A stretch of DNA of 64,000 nucleotides from Candidatus Multivorans sp. (GTDB lineage Bacteria; Acidobacteriota; Thermoanaerobaculia; Multivoradales; Multivoraceae). The translations under genes were made by a program, and so were the position numbers. The stretch covers positions 64,001-128,000 of the forward strand of contig OZ245033.1 of assembly GCA_965224025.1 (NCBI GenBank), given 5' to 3'. The notes under the pieces are model-generated. The model was not told the origin of the DNA, did not search any database, and saw only the letters and a list, made by a program, of their open reading frames with translations. Within the stretch, counting starts at the first letter, position 1. Each line of letters opens with the position of its first letter. Shown piece after piece: positions 7,369 through 16,289 of the stretch.

Positions 7369-10214
7369 TGAAAGTAGCCCGGAATCGTCTGGATCGTCAG
7401 GCGGCGTTTGCCGCGGCCGGCGCGGGGATTGGCGAGTTTCACGTCGACCTTGCGGAAGGTGTCGGGTTCGCCCTCGGGCGATTCGAACACGAGCAGGTAC
7501 TGGGAGCGGACTTCGGTCTCGATCCGCTCGTAGACGCGCGGCAACTCGGCGACCGAGGAGATGAAGAAGCAGCGGCCGCCGGTTGCGTCGCAGAGCTGCT
7601 TCAGCCGGCCGCGGAACAGCAGCTCGCGCGGGTCGATGTCGATGCCGATGCTGTAGATCGCCACCTGGGAACGGCGGGCGAACTCCAGCACGTCCTCGAA
7701 GCGGTACTCGCTGCTCGAGTCTCCGCCGTCCGTGAGCAGGATCAGAGCCCGCTTTCCGCGCAGTCCGCCGAAGTAGTAGAGGGCGTAGAGGACGCTGTCG
7801 TAGAGCGCGGTCTCGCCTTCCGCGACGAGGTCGGCGAGACCACCGGCGAGGGCTTCGCTCGAACCGGTGAAGCCGACGGCCAGCTCGGGCCGGTCGTTGA
7901 AGGTGATCAGGCAGGCGCGGTCGCGCGGCCCGAGGACGAGTTCGAAGAAATGGAGCGCCGCCTCCTCGGCCGCGTCGAGGCGGTCGGTCATGGAGGTCGA
8001 GGTGTCGAAAAGGATGCCGGCGTGGACGGGCAGGTTGGCGGCGTTGTCGAATCGCCGCAGTTCCTGCCGCTCACCGTCGACGAAGACCTCGAAGCCCTCG
8101 CTGCCGAACCCCCGAGCCGGATCTCCGGAACGGTCGGTGACGGAAACGTAGAGCTCGATGAGGGCGACCTCGACCTCCTCCACCAGGTTGCGGGAGTTGA
8201 CGAAGACCAGGTCCTCGGCCCACGCGCCGCTCGCGAGGTGCGCCACGGCGCGAACGTAGGAGAGGGGCTCGCCGGGATCGATCTGGATCGGCTGTTCGAA
8301 CGGCGGCTGGTAGAGGGTGGCGGTGCGAGTGTCGTTGAGAAAGAACTCGACCCGGTCCAGCCGCTCATGGCGAGGCGCCTGAACCTCGGCGACCGCGCGC
8401 ACGCTTCGGGTCTCGGCGGCGCCGCGCTGGGGCGATGTGAGGCGGACGGCGAAGCGGTGCGGACCCGAGTTGAGGGTCACCTGGTCCGTGGCCAGGACGC
8501 TGCCCTGCTCATCGTAGGCGTCGACTCGCAGGGTGTGGGCCCGCGGCGCAGGCCCGATGTCGATCTCGACCTCGTAGGGCGGCCGCCGCTTGCTGAGCAG
8601 CTCGCGACCGTCGACCGAGAAGGCCAAGTGATGGATATTGGAACCCTCGGCGTCGGCGCCGACCCGAACCCGACCCGTGATCAGACGTTCGGGCGGGGGG
8701 CGGATGCGGACGAGATGGTCGGGCGCGTCGAGCACGCGGGGGCTGACGGCGTTCGCTTCGGCCAACCAGTCCGGTAGGCCCGGAACGGCTCTTTCCCGGT
8801 CCGGTGCGGCGCCGCCATGGCCGCCGCTGGCGGCGGCCGCGACCACGCCGGCGACGGAGGCGGAGTCGGTCCGTGCCGCCCTCATCGGCACGAGCGGTAC
8901 CTCGATGTCGGCGTCGGCGGCGAAGTAGCGGTCGGCGTCCAGGTCGCGCACCTTGACCACCAGGCGGTAGGCGCCCGGCCGCAGGTAGCGCTGCATGACC
9001 AGGGGGACCGCCCCGCCGTCCGCGGCGCCGGCACGGGTCTGGGCCCGCGGCTCGAACCGGTAGCGGAAGTTCTCGAACAGCTCGCCCTGCCGCAGCACCT
9101 CGCCGTCGAGCACGAAGCGCCGGCGGTCGTCCTCGGCCGCAGGCAACAGGGCCGGGTCGATGCCGACGATCGCCTGGACCACGGTGCGGCTGCCCCGGCG
9201 GCCCGGGTAGCGCATGGCGATCTCGGCCGGTAGCTGCTCGGCGCCGGCGGGCGCCTCCGTGCTGCGGTCGAGGAAGGCGAGCGCCCATTCGTCGTTCGCC
9301 CTCCCGGGCTCGGGCCCGCCCATCGCCTCCCAGTCGAGCGCCAGCCCCAAGGCGGCCAGCACGTCGCCGCCGTGCGCGCACTCGCGGCCGATCTCCGCGA
9401 TCTGCGACGTGCGGTCGGTCAGCGAACCGGTGAAGAGCAGGATGCCGGACAGCCCGTCCGCCGCCGTCCACGGCCGGTAGCGGCCGCCCTGGCGGAGGAA
9501 GACGAGATAGAACTCGCCGCGCACGACCGGGCTGTGCGGGTAGTGCCAGATCTCGAGCGTGCGGAGCAGAGAGCAGGTGGTGCGAAACGTGCGCTCCGGC
9601 TTCCCGTGCAGCAGCAGCGCCTCGAAACGTGCGCCCCGGGCGCCGCCGAAGCGCTCTTCGGCCGTCTCTCGCGCGCGGTCGAAATGCTCCCGGAACTCGT
9701 TCTGCGGCGTCTCGGGATAGGGGTCGCGGACGCTCCAGAAGCGCTTGATGAAGGAGTCGCGCTGGTAGCCGTGCCGCAGCTCGCCGAACACCCGGCGCTC
9801 GGTGTCGGTCAGGATCGCTTCGACCGCCTCGAGGAAGTCGGCGTGCCGCCGGTCCAGCCCGGGGGCGGCGGTGGTTTGGGCGAGGGCGGCGGTGGCGAGG
9901 AGGGTGAGGACGGTGAGAAGGAGACTCGCGCACGCCGCTGCTGCGAAGGTGCCGGCCTCCGGCCGGCGCGTGACCTGGCCGCCTTCGGCGGCGAGCGGGT
10001 CAGAAGACCCGCGCACCCAGAGCGCAACCTCTCCCGGAGCGAAAGTCTCTACCGTAAACCACCGCTCGCAGTGAGGTCGTGACGGTTGCAGAAGAGAAGC
10101 GCGTTCGCATTGACGCCGTGTCCCTGGGTGCGCGGGCCTTCTGGCCCGCATCCGGGCGTCGCCGCGTAGCGGCGTGCGCTCTGCTCTTCCGCATCCGTGC
10201 GGCCCGCACGTCAC
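7365..10214 (-). CDS. Secreted GWxTD-like + Ig-like + VWA domain protein (paralog 2)
   Basis: FIKRFWSVRDPYPETPQNEF (GWxTD-type N-domain), MIDAS DTSTSM, TALYDS, LLTDGGD. Hydrophobic signal-like stretch around residues 90-112. Start uncertain (10214, 10151 or 10016). Confidence 0.85.
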   Translation of the reverse strand: MTCGPHGCGRAERTPLRGDARMRARRPAHPGTRRQCERASLLQPSRPHCERWFTVETFAPGEVALWVRGSSDPLAAEGGQVTRRPEAGTFAAAACASLLLTVLTLLATAALAQTTAAPGLDRRHADFLEAVEAILTDTERRVFGELRHGYQRDSFIKRFWSVRDPYPETPQNEFREHFDRARETAEERFGGARGARFEALLLHGKPERTFRTTCSLLRTLEIWHYPHSPVVRGEFYLVFLRQGGRYRPWTAADGLSGILLFTGSLTDRTSQIAEIGRECAHGGDVLAALGLALDWEAMGGPEPGRANDEWALAFLDRSTEAPAGAEQLPAEIAMRYPGRRGSRTVVQAIVGIDPALLPAAEDDRRRFVLDGEVLRQGELFENFRYRFEPRAQTRAGAADGGAVPLVMQRYLRPGAYRLVVKVRDLDADRYFAADADIEVPLVPMRAARTDSASVAGVVAAAASGGHGGAAPDRERAVPGLPDWLAEANAVSPRVLDAPDHLVRIRPPPERLITGRVRVGADAEGSNIHHLAFSVDGRELLSKRRPPYEVEIDIGPAPRAHTLRVDAYDEQGSVLATDQVTLNSGPHRFAVRLTSPQRGAAETRSVRAVAEVQAPRHERLDRVEFFLNDTRTATLYQPPFEQPIQIDPGEPLSYVRAVAHLASGAWAEDLVFVNSRNLVEEVEVALIELYVSVTDRSGDPARGFGSEGFEVFVDGERQELRRFDNAANLPVHAGILFDTSTSMTDRLDAAEEAALHFFELVLGPRDRACLITFNDRPELAVGFTGSSEALAGGLADLVAEGETALYDSVLYALYYFGGLRGKRALILLTDGGDSSSEYRFEDVLEFARRSQVAIYSIGIDIDPRELLFRGRLKQLCDATGGRCFFISSVAELPRVYERIETEVRSQYLLVFESPEGEPDTFRKVDVKLANPRAGRGKRRLTIQTIPGYFQ
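9995..10150. repeat. REPIN-like unit: two inverted family A hairpins around a ~100-bp spacer (family B)
   Basis: GCGGGTCAGAAGACCCGCGCACCCAG ... CTGGGTGCGCGGGCCTTCTGGCCCGCA; the spacer recurs at about 15347-15432. Confidence 0.8.
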
Positions 10215-12802
10215 GGGTAGTACCCCTTCAGCGTCCGGATCGACACCCCCGGCGCCCGGGCGTCGACCTCGATTTCGCGGAAGCGGCGGTCGCCGCTGGT
10301 GTTCGTCGACTGGTAGGTGATCAGGTACCGGGAGCGCAGTTCGCCGAGGATCTGCCGGTAGACGCCGGCGAGTTCACCGACGTTGCTGATGAAGAAGGAC
10401 TGGCCGCCTGTCTGGGCGGCGAGGCGCGAGAGCGCCCGCTTGGCCGGACCCGTCTGGCGGCCCAGTCCGATCGAATAGATCGCGACCCCGGAGCGCTGCG
10501 CGTACTCGAGCGCCTGCTCGAAGCTGAAGCGGCTGCTCTCGTCCTTGCCGTCGGAGAGCAGCAGCAGGGCCCGCTGGCCCTTGATTCCGTTCAGGTAGTA
10601 GAGGCCGAAGACGAGCGCGTCGTAGAGCGCGGTGCCGCGCTCGGCCTTGAGCCCGGCGAGCGACCCGGCGAGCTTCACGGGGTCGTTCGTGAAGTCGGCG
10701 GCGAGGTACGGGTGGTCGTTGAAGGTGACCAGGGCCGCCCGGTCGCGGGGGGTGATCTCGGACTGGAACAGGCCGAGGGCGGCCTTGCGGGCGGTGCCCA
10801 GGCGGTCGACCATGGAAGCCGAGACGTCGAGCATCACCTGGAGGTGGACCGGCAGGTCGGTGACCCGCTGGAAGCGCAGGATCTCCTGCGGCGCGCCGTC
10901 TTCGAGGATGGTGACCTGGTCGGCCTGGAGATCCTCATGCGGCCGGCCCGACCGGTCGAGCGCCGTCGCGTAGAGCTCGACGTACTGGATGTCGACGATC
11001 TCCAGGTAGTCCGGCGCGTTGACGTAAACGACGGCGTCGGTGGAGTTGCCGTCGACGAGGAAGGCGGCGGCGCGCAGGTAGGTGATCGCGTCTCCGGGCG
11101 GCAGGTCGACCCGGTGGCTGAAGGGCTCCTGGTAGAGGGTGGCGATCGGTTCGTCGCCCAAGAAGAGCTCCAGGCGCTCGACCAGGCTGCCGTCCGGGAC
11201 CGCGAGATCGACCTCGACCTGGACCTCGCCCTCGTACTTGACGCCCTCGCGCGGTTCGGCGAAGCGGAGCGCGAAGCGGTTGCGGCCGGAGTTCATGGAG
11301 ATCTCGTCCGAGGCGATCTCGGCGCCGTCCTCATCGTGCGCGGTGGCGCGCAGAAGGTGGACCCGGGGCACCGATCCCAGGTCGAGCTCGACCGAGAACG
11401 GGGCCCGGCGCTTGCGGGCGACCTGGTTGCCGTCGAGCCAGAAGCGCATCTCGGCGATGTCGCCGGTGGCCAGGGTGTCGAAGCGCACCAGGCCGGTCTG
11501 GAGTTCGCCGGGCGGTTCGAGGAGCTGCACCGTGGGCACGTCGCTGGCGAGCACCGCCTCCGCCTGGTCGATGATCTTCTGCACCGCCGGGTCGAGCTGG
11601 CGGGCGGCGGGCGCCTCCAGGGTCGGCACCTCGAGCGGCTGCTCCAGACGGGCGAAACGGGCCCCGTTCAGATCCTCGATCTTGAGCACGAGCCGGTAGT
11701 TGCCCGGTCGCAGCCGCCGTTCGAAGGAGAGCAGGATCGGCGGGCCGTCTGTGCCGTCCGCGTCGCCGGCTTCGCCGGCGCTGCCTGTGTTGCCCAGCGG
11801 CAGGTCGAACTTGTAGCGGAAGTTCTCGAACAGCGCGTCTTCGCGCAGCACCTCGCCGGTGAGGAAGAAGTTGTAGCTCGACTGCCCGCCCAGCGTGTCG
11901 CGGCTGGCCGAGGACGGGTCGACCTCGACCAGGGCCTCCACCACGGTGCGCGCCTGGTAGCGGGCCGGGTAGCGGACCTCGAGAGTGGCGCCCAAGGGCT
12001 CGGCGTCCGCGGGCAGGTCCGTGGTGTAGGCCTCGAAGGTGAGCGTCCATTCCGCCGAGGGCGCCTCCGGCGCTTCGATCAGGCGCCCCATCAGCATGGC
12101 GAACTCCATGCCGCCCGAGCGCAGCAGCCAGTTGATCGCGGACGCGGCGACATCGCCGTCCTTGCAGCTCTGGATGTCGAAGCCCGCGCCCTGAGCGCTG
12201 ACGCCGAAGTCCAGCAGCCGGTCGATGCCGTCCGAGGGGTGCCAGAGTTCGTAGTGGGGCTGGTTGGCGCGCCGGTAGAACAGCAGGAAGAACTCGTGGC
12301 CGACCCGGTCGCTGCGTTGGTAGAACCAGATCTCGATCGGCCAGGTGACCATCGTGCACTGGAACTTGAGTCGCCCCGAGGGTTCGCCGTTGAGCAGGAA
12401 CATCCGGGCCCGGTCCGAGCGCGGGCCCTCGAACTCCTGCTGGACGTAGAGCAGCCGCTCCTCCCAGCGGGCGCGCATCTCGTTGCGCGGCGTGTCGGCG
12501 TAGGGGTCGCGCACCCGCCAGAAGCGCTCGATCCAGGCGCGCCGCTGGTAGTCCTGCGTGATCTCGAGGAACGCCTCGCGTTCTCCGTCGGTGATGAGAA
12601 AGTGGACGTCGTCGAGGAACTTCTTGAACTCGAGCGGCAGCGCCGCTTCGACCGCCTCGAGGGCGGCGCGGCGTTCCCGCCTCTCCTTGCGGGTCTCCTT
12701 CCGCTCTTCCCGTGCGGCTTCCGGCGTGACGAGTGCAGGCGCAGCCGAGAGGAGAAACCCTGTCGCCAGGGCCAGGATCGTGGCGCGGCTTGCGGCTTTC
12801 AT
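10211..12802 (-). CDS. Secreted GWxTD-like + Ig-like + VWA domain protein (paralog 1)
   Basis: Signal peptide MKAASRATILALATGFLL; WIERFWRVRDPYADTPRNE, SDRARMFLLNGEP; MIDAS DVSASM, TALYDA, LLSDGKD. Confidence 0.88.
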   Translation of the reverse strand: MKAASRATILALATGFLLSAAPALVTPEAAREERKETRKERRERRAALEAVEAALPLEFKKFLDDVHFLITDGEREAFLEITQDYQRRAWIERFWRVRDPYADTPRNEMRARWEERLLYVQQEFEGPRSDRARMFLLNGEPSGRLKFQCTMVTWPIEIWFYQRSDRVGHEFFLLFYRRANQPHYELWHPSDGIDRLLDFGVSAQGAGFDIQSCKDGDVAASAINWLLRSGGMEFAMLMGRLIEAPEAPSAEWTLTFEAYTTDLPADAEPLGATLEVRYPARYQARTVVEALVEVDPSSASRDTLGGQSSYNFFLTGEVLREDALFENFRYKFDLPLGNTGSAGEAGDADGTDGPPILLSFERRLRPGNYRLVLKIEDLNGARFARLEQPLEVPTLEAPAARQLDPAVQKIIDQAEAVLASDVPTVQLLEPPGELQTGLVRFDTLATGDIAEMRFWLDGNQVARKRRAPFSVELDLGSVPRVHLLRATAHDEDGAEIASDEISMNSGRNRFALRFAEPREGVKYEGEVQVEVDLAVPDGSLVERLELFLGDEPIATLYQEPFSHRVDLPPGDAITYLRAAAFLVDGNSTDAVVYVNAPDYLEIVDIQYVELYATALDRSGRPHEDLQADQVTILEDGAPQEILRFQRVTDLPVHLQVMLDVSASMVDRLGTARKAALGLFQSEITPRDRAALVTFNDHPYLAADFTNDPVKLAGSLAGLKAERGTALYDALVFGLYYLNGIKGQRALLLLSDGKDESSRFSFEQALEYAQRSGVAIYSIGLGRQTGPAKRALSRLAAQTGGQSFFISNVGELAGVYRQILGELRSRYLITYQSTNTSGDRRFREIEVDARAPGVSIRTLKGYYP

Positions 12803-12947
12803 CGGCAACGGGGGGTCCTTGAGCGGGCGGGGGAACTCAGCGGTCAAGCGTAGCGTGCCGACGGCGAAGTAAGGTGCCGGCCTTCGGCCGGCGCCTTTCT
12901 TGTGAACACCGCGTGCCCCAGTCTCTGAACGTACAATCCCCACCACC

Positions 12948-14126
12948 ATGCCCATGTCCGTCTACCTCGACCACAACGCCACGACGCCGCTTGATCCGCG
13001 GGTCGCTGAGGCGATGGCGCCGTGGCTCGGGGCGAGGCACGGCAACCCGTCGTCGGTCCACGCCTTCGGACGGGCGGCGCGGGCCGCGGTCGAGCTGGCG
13101 CGGGAGCAGGTGGCGGAGCTCGTCGGCGGGGAACCGGCGGAGGTGGTCTTCACCGCCTCGGGCACGGAGGCGAACAACGCGGTTCTGCTGTCGGCCTTTG
13201 CCGGCGCGGTCGGCGCCGGGGGTGGCCACCTGGTGATCTCGGAGCTCGAGCATCCGTCGATCCAGGCCGCCGCGGACCGGCTTGAGAGCCTCGGTGTCGA
13301 GGTGACGCGGCTCTGCCCAGGCGCCGACGGCGTGGTCGCGGCCGACGCGGTGGCGGCGGCGCTCCGCCCGGACACGCGGCTGGCGTGCCTCATGCTGGCG
13401 AACAACGAGCTGGGTACGGTGCAGCCGGTTGCGGAGGCGTCGGCGGCGTGCCGGGCCCGCGGCGTACCGCTTCTGTGCGACGCGGTGCAGGCGGCGGGCA
13501 AGCTCGCTATCGATGCCGGCGCCCTGGGCGCCGACTACCTCGTCGTCGCGGCGCATAAGTTCACCGGACCGGTGGGCGCGGCCGCGCTCTGGATCCGCGA
13601 GGGCGCCGCCTTTGAACCGCTCATCCTCGGCGGCGGCCAGGAGCGCCGGCGGCGGGCCGGTACCGAGAACGTCGCGGCCCTGGTGGGTTTCGGCGCCTGC
13701 GCGGCGCTGGCGTCAGAGGAACTGGACGTTCGCATCGAGCGGCTGAGCCGGCTGCGGGACGGGCTGGAGGCGGGTCTGGCCGGCATCCCCGACGCCCGGC
13801 TGCACTGTGCGTCGTCGCCGCGGCTGCCCCATGTGACCCACGTCGCCTTGCCGGGCTTGATCGGCGAGGAACTCGTCGTTCGCCTCGATCTGGCCGGCTT
13901 CGCGGTCTCGACCGGGGCCGCGTGCGCTTCGGGCGTCGTCGAGCCGAGCCGGACGCTCCTCGCGATGGGTGTCGAAGCGGCCGAAGCCATGGCGTCGATC
14001 CGGATCAGCTTGGGGACGACGAACGACGAGGCGGAGATCGCTCGCTTCCTGCCGGCGCTGGAGCGCGAAGTGGCGGCGCTGCGCGCCCTGTCCGGGGAGC
14101 CGGCGGCCCGGGCGGTGGCAGGGTGA
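12948..14126 (+). CDS. iscS: Cysteine desulfurase (IscS/NifS type)
   Basis: Motifs YLDHNATTP, GNPSSVH, SGTEANN, DAVQAAGK, AHKF, RAGTEN and STGAACASG; coupled to mnmA. Confidence 0.93.
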   Translation: MPMSVYLDHNATTPLDPRVAEAMAPWLGARHGNPSSVHAFGRAARAAVELAREQVAELVGGEPAEVVFTASGTEANNAVLLSAFAGAVGAGGGHLVISELEHPSIQAAADRLESLGVEVTRLCPGADGVVAADAVAAALRPDTRLACLMLANNELGTVQPVAEASAACRARGVPLLCDAVQAAGKLAIDAGALGADYLVVAAHKFTGPVGAAALWIREGAAFEPLILGGGQERRRRAGTENVAALVGFGACAALASEELDVRIERLSRLRDGLEAGLAGIPDARLHCASSPRLPHVTHVALPGLIGEELVVRLDLAGFAVSTGAACASGVVEPSRTLLAMGVEAAEAMASIRISLGTTNDEAEIARFLPALEREVAALRALSGEPAARAVAG

Positions 14127-14173
14127 GCGCGGGCGTCTCGCCCGCCCCTGGGAACGCGGGCGTCTCGCCCGCA
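14123..14173. repeat. Two tandem family A hairpins forming the first codons of mnmA
   Basis: CGCGGGCGTCTCGCCCGC occurs twice; reverse complement of the 60745 copy. Confidence 0.85.
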
Positions 14174-15280
14174 TCCGGGGCCGCTCCCCTGACCGCGGTG
14201 GCGATGAGCGGCGGTCTCGACTCCTCGGTCGCGGCGCTGCTCCTGGAACGCCAGGGGACGCCGGTCGTCGGCCTGTCGATGCTGCTCTGGGACCGTTCGC
14301 AGCAGGTTCGGCATGGCCGCTGCTGCGGTTCGCTCGACCTCGGCGACGCGCGGCGGGTGGCCGAGCAGATCGGCCTGCCCCACTACACGCTGCGCATGGA
14401 CGGGGAGTTCCGCCGGCACGTGGTCGATCCGTTCGTGGACAGCTACGTTGACGGCCGCACGCCGAGTCCGTGCATCTCCTGCAACACGGAGATCAAGTTC
14501 GAGGCCTTCTGGGAGCGGGCGCGGCGGCTGGGCGCCGGCCGCATCGCCACCGGCCACTACGCTCGCATCCGGCGCGGCGTGAACGGGAGCTACGAACTCC
14601 ATACCGCGGCCGACCGGTCGAAGGATCAGAGCTACTTCCTGTTCGAACTGACCCAGGAGCAACTGGCCCGCGCCGTGTTCCCGCTGGGCGAACTGACCAA
14701 GACGGAAGTGCGTGAGATCGCCCGCGAGGCTGGGCTGGCGGTGGCGGAGAAGGGCGAGAGCATGGAGATCTGCTTCGTCGACCGCGGCGTGCGGCAGTTC
14801 ATCGAGAGCGAGCGGCCGGACCTGCCGAAGGAGCCAGCCCGAGTGACGGCGAGCGACGGCGCAGAACTGGGCGCCGCCGCGCCGTACTACCGCTACACCG
14901 TGGGGCAGAGACGGGGCCTGGGCGTTGCCGCCGGCCGCCGGCTCTACGTGCTCGACGTGCAGCCGGAGGAGAACAGGGTCGTGGTCGGCGGACGCGACGA
15001 ACTCCTGGCGCCGGGTCTGATCGGCCGCGGCCTGCACTGGATCGCCGGGGCCGCCGCCGGCTCGGGGGTCGAGGTCGAGGTGCGGATCCGTTCGCGCCAT
15101 CCGGGGGTCGCGGCGACGGTCGAGAGCGTGCGCAGCACGGACGACGGACCCGGCGTCTGCCGGGTTGGCTTCGCGGAACCCCAGGCCGGGGTCGCGCCGG
15201 GCCAGGCGGCGGTCTTCTACCGCGGCACGAAGGTGCTCGGCGGCTGCTGGATCGAGCGGGCGTTGAACGCCCGTTGTTGA
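14123..15280 (+). CDS. mnmA: tRNA-specific 2-thiouridylase MnmA
   Basis: Motifs AMSGGLDSS, TPSPCISCN, IATGHYAR, KDQSYFL, ESMEICF, YTVGQRRGLG and VAPGQAAVFY. GTG overlaps the iscS TGA. Confidence 0.96.
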   Translation: MSAGVSPAPGNAGVSPASGAAPLTAVAMSGGLDSSVAALLLERQGTPVVGLSMLLWDRSQQVRHGRCCGSLDLGDARRVAEQIGLPHYTLRMDGEFRRHVVDPFVDSYVDGRTPSPCISCNTEIKFEAFWERARRLGAGRIATGHYARIRRGVNGSYELHTAADRSKDQSYFLFELTQEQLARAVFPLGELTKTEVREIAREAGLAVAEKGESMEICFVDRGVRQFIESERPDLPKEPARVTASDGAELGAAAPYYRYTVGQRRGLGVAAGRRLYVLDVQPEENRVVVGGRDELLAPGLIGRGLHWIAGAAAGSGVEVEVRIRSRHPGVAATVESVRSTDDGPGVCRVGFAEPQAGVAPGQAAVFYRGTKVLGGCWIERALNARC

Positions 15281-15290
15281 GTTGAGCTCG

Positions 15291-15432
15291 CGCGCGCCGC
15301 TTCGCGGCGGCGCGCTTGGTGCGGGCCAGAAGGCCCGCGCACCCAGAGCACGGCCTTTCCCGGAGCGAGAGTCTCTACTGCAAGCCCACCGCTCGCAGTG
15401 ACGCCGTGCCGGTTGCAGAACAGAGGCGCGCT
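15291..15432. repeat. Family A hairpin plus family B spacer
   Basis: TGCGGGCCAGAAGGCCCGCGCACCCAG followed by sequence highly similar to 10021-10105. Confidence 0.8.
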
Positions 15433-15559
15433 CGTGTCGTGTACGAGGGTCAAGGACCGCCGGGCCTTCGCCGTATGGGTGCTCTTCGATAAGCCCCGAG
15501 ACTGACGGGCCTGCTGCTTGGAGCTTACGGCCATCAAGGGAAGCCACATCAGGCGATTG

Positions 15560-16285
15560 CTAGCGCCGGCCACACCCGCCGACCACGACCGTCACCTCGC
15601 CGCGCAGCTTCGGGAGCTCCCCGACCTCGCCCGCGAGTTCGTCGAGCGGACCGCGCAGCACCTCCTCGTGCAGCTTGGTCAACTCCCGGGCCAGCGCCGC
15701 GTCGCGGTCGGGGCCGAAGGCGTCGGCGGCATCGGCGAGCGAGGCGGCGGCGCGCTGCGGCGACTCGAAGAACACGACGGTGTGGGCGAATTTGGCGTGG
15801 GAGGCGAAGAAGCGCCGTCGTTTGCCCTTCTTTCTAGGCGGAAAGCCGAGGAAGGTGAACGGGTAGGGCGGCAGCCCGGAGACCACCAGCGCGGCCAGGA
15901 TCGCCGAGGGGCCGGGCAACGCTTCGACCGCGAAGCCCTGCCGCACCGCGGCCCGCACGAGGCGGAATCCGGGGTCGGAGACGAGGGGTGTGCCGGCGTC
16001 GGAGACCAGGGTCACGGCGCCGCCGTCTTCGAGCGTGCGCAGCACGCGGCCGATCTGCCGATCCTCGTTGTGGTCGTGAAGCGGCAGCAGAGGCGGCCGG
16101 TAGGCCGGGCCGCCGGCGCCGAGGCTCTGGAACAGCCGGCCGGTGCGGCGGGTGTCTTCGCAGGCGACGAGGTCGGCGGAGAGCAGCGCCTCCCGCGCGC
16201 GGGGGGAGAGGTCGGCCAAGTTGCCGATCGGCGTGGCCACGATCCGCAGCCGGCCCGCGGCGGCCGGCGGTTTCGGGGCGCTCAC
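15560..16285 (-). CDS. rsmI: 16S rRNA (cytidine1402-2'-O)-methyltransferase
   Basis: Motifs VATPIGNLADLSPRA, CEDTRRT, SDAGTPLVSDPG, FFESPQR and RELTKLHEE. Confidence 0.95.
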   Translation of the reverse strand: MSAPKPPAAAGRLRIVATPIGNLADLSPRAREALLSADLVACEDTRRTGRLFQSLGAGGPAYRPPLLPLHDHNEDRQIGRVLRTLEDGGAVTLVSDAGTPLVSDPGFRLVRAAVRQGFAVEALPGPSAILAALVVSGLPPYPFTFLGFPPRKKGKRRRFFASHAKFAHTVVFFESPQRAAASLADAADAFGPDRDAALARELTKLHEEVLRGPLDELAGEVGELPKLRGEVTVVVGGCGRR

Positions 16286-16289
16286 GGCG

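Noticed and set aside
10079-12853. 924-aa plus-strand ORF, and similar long ORFs at 7320-8777, 30307-33072, 52484-54703, 55450-57441 and 60715-62421
   Set aside because: Antisense shadows of well-supported genes; expected in high-GC DNA and lacking motifs.
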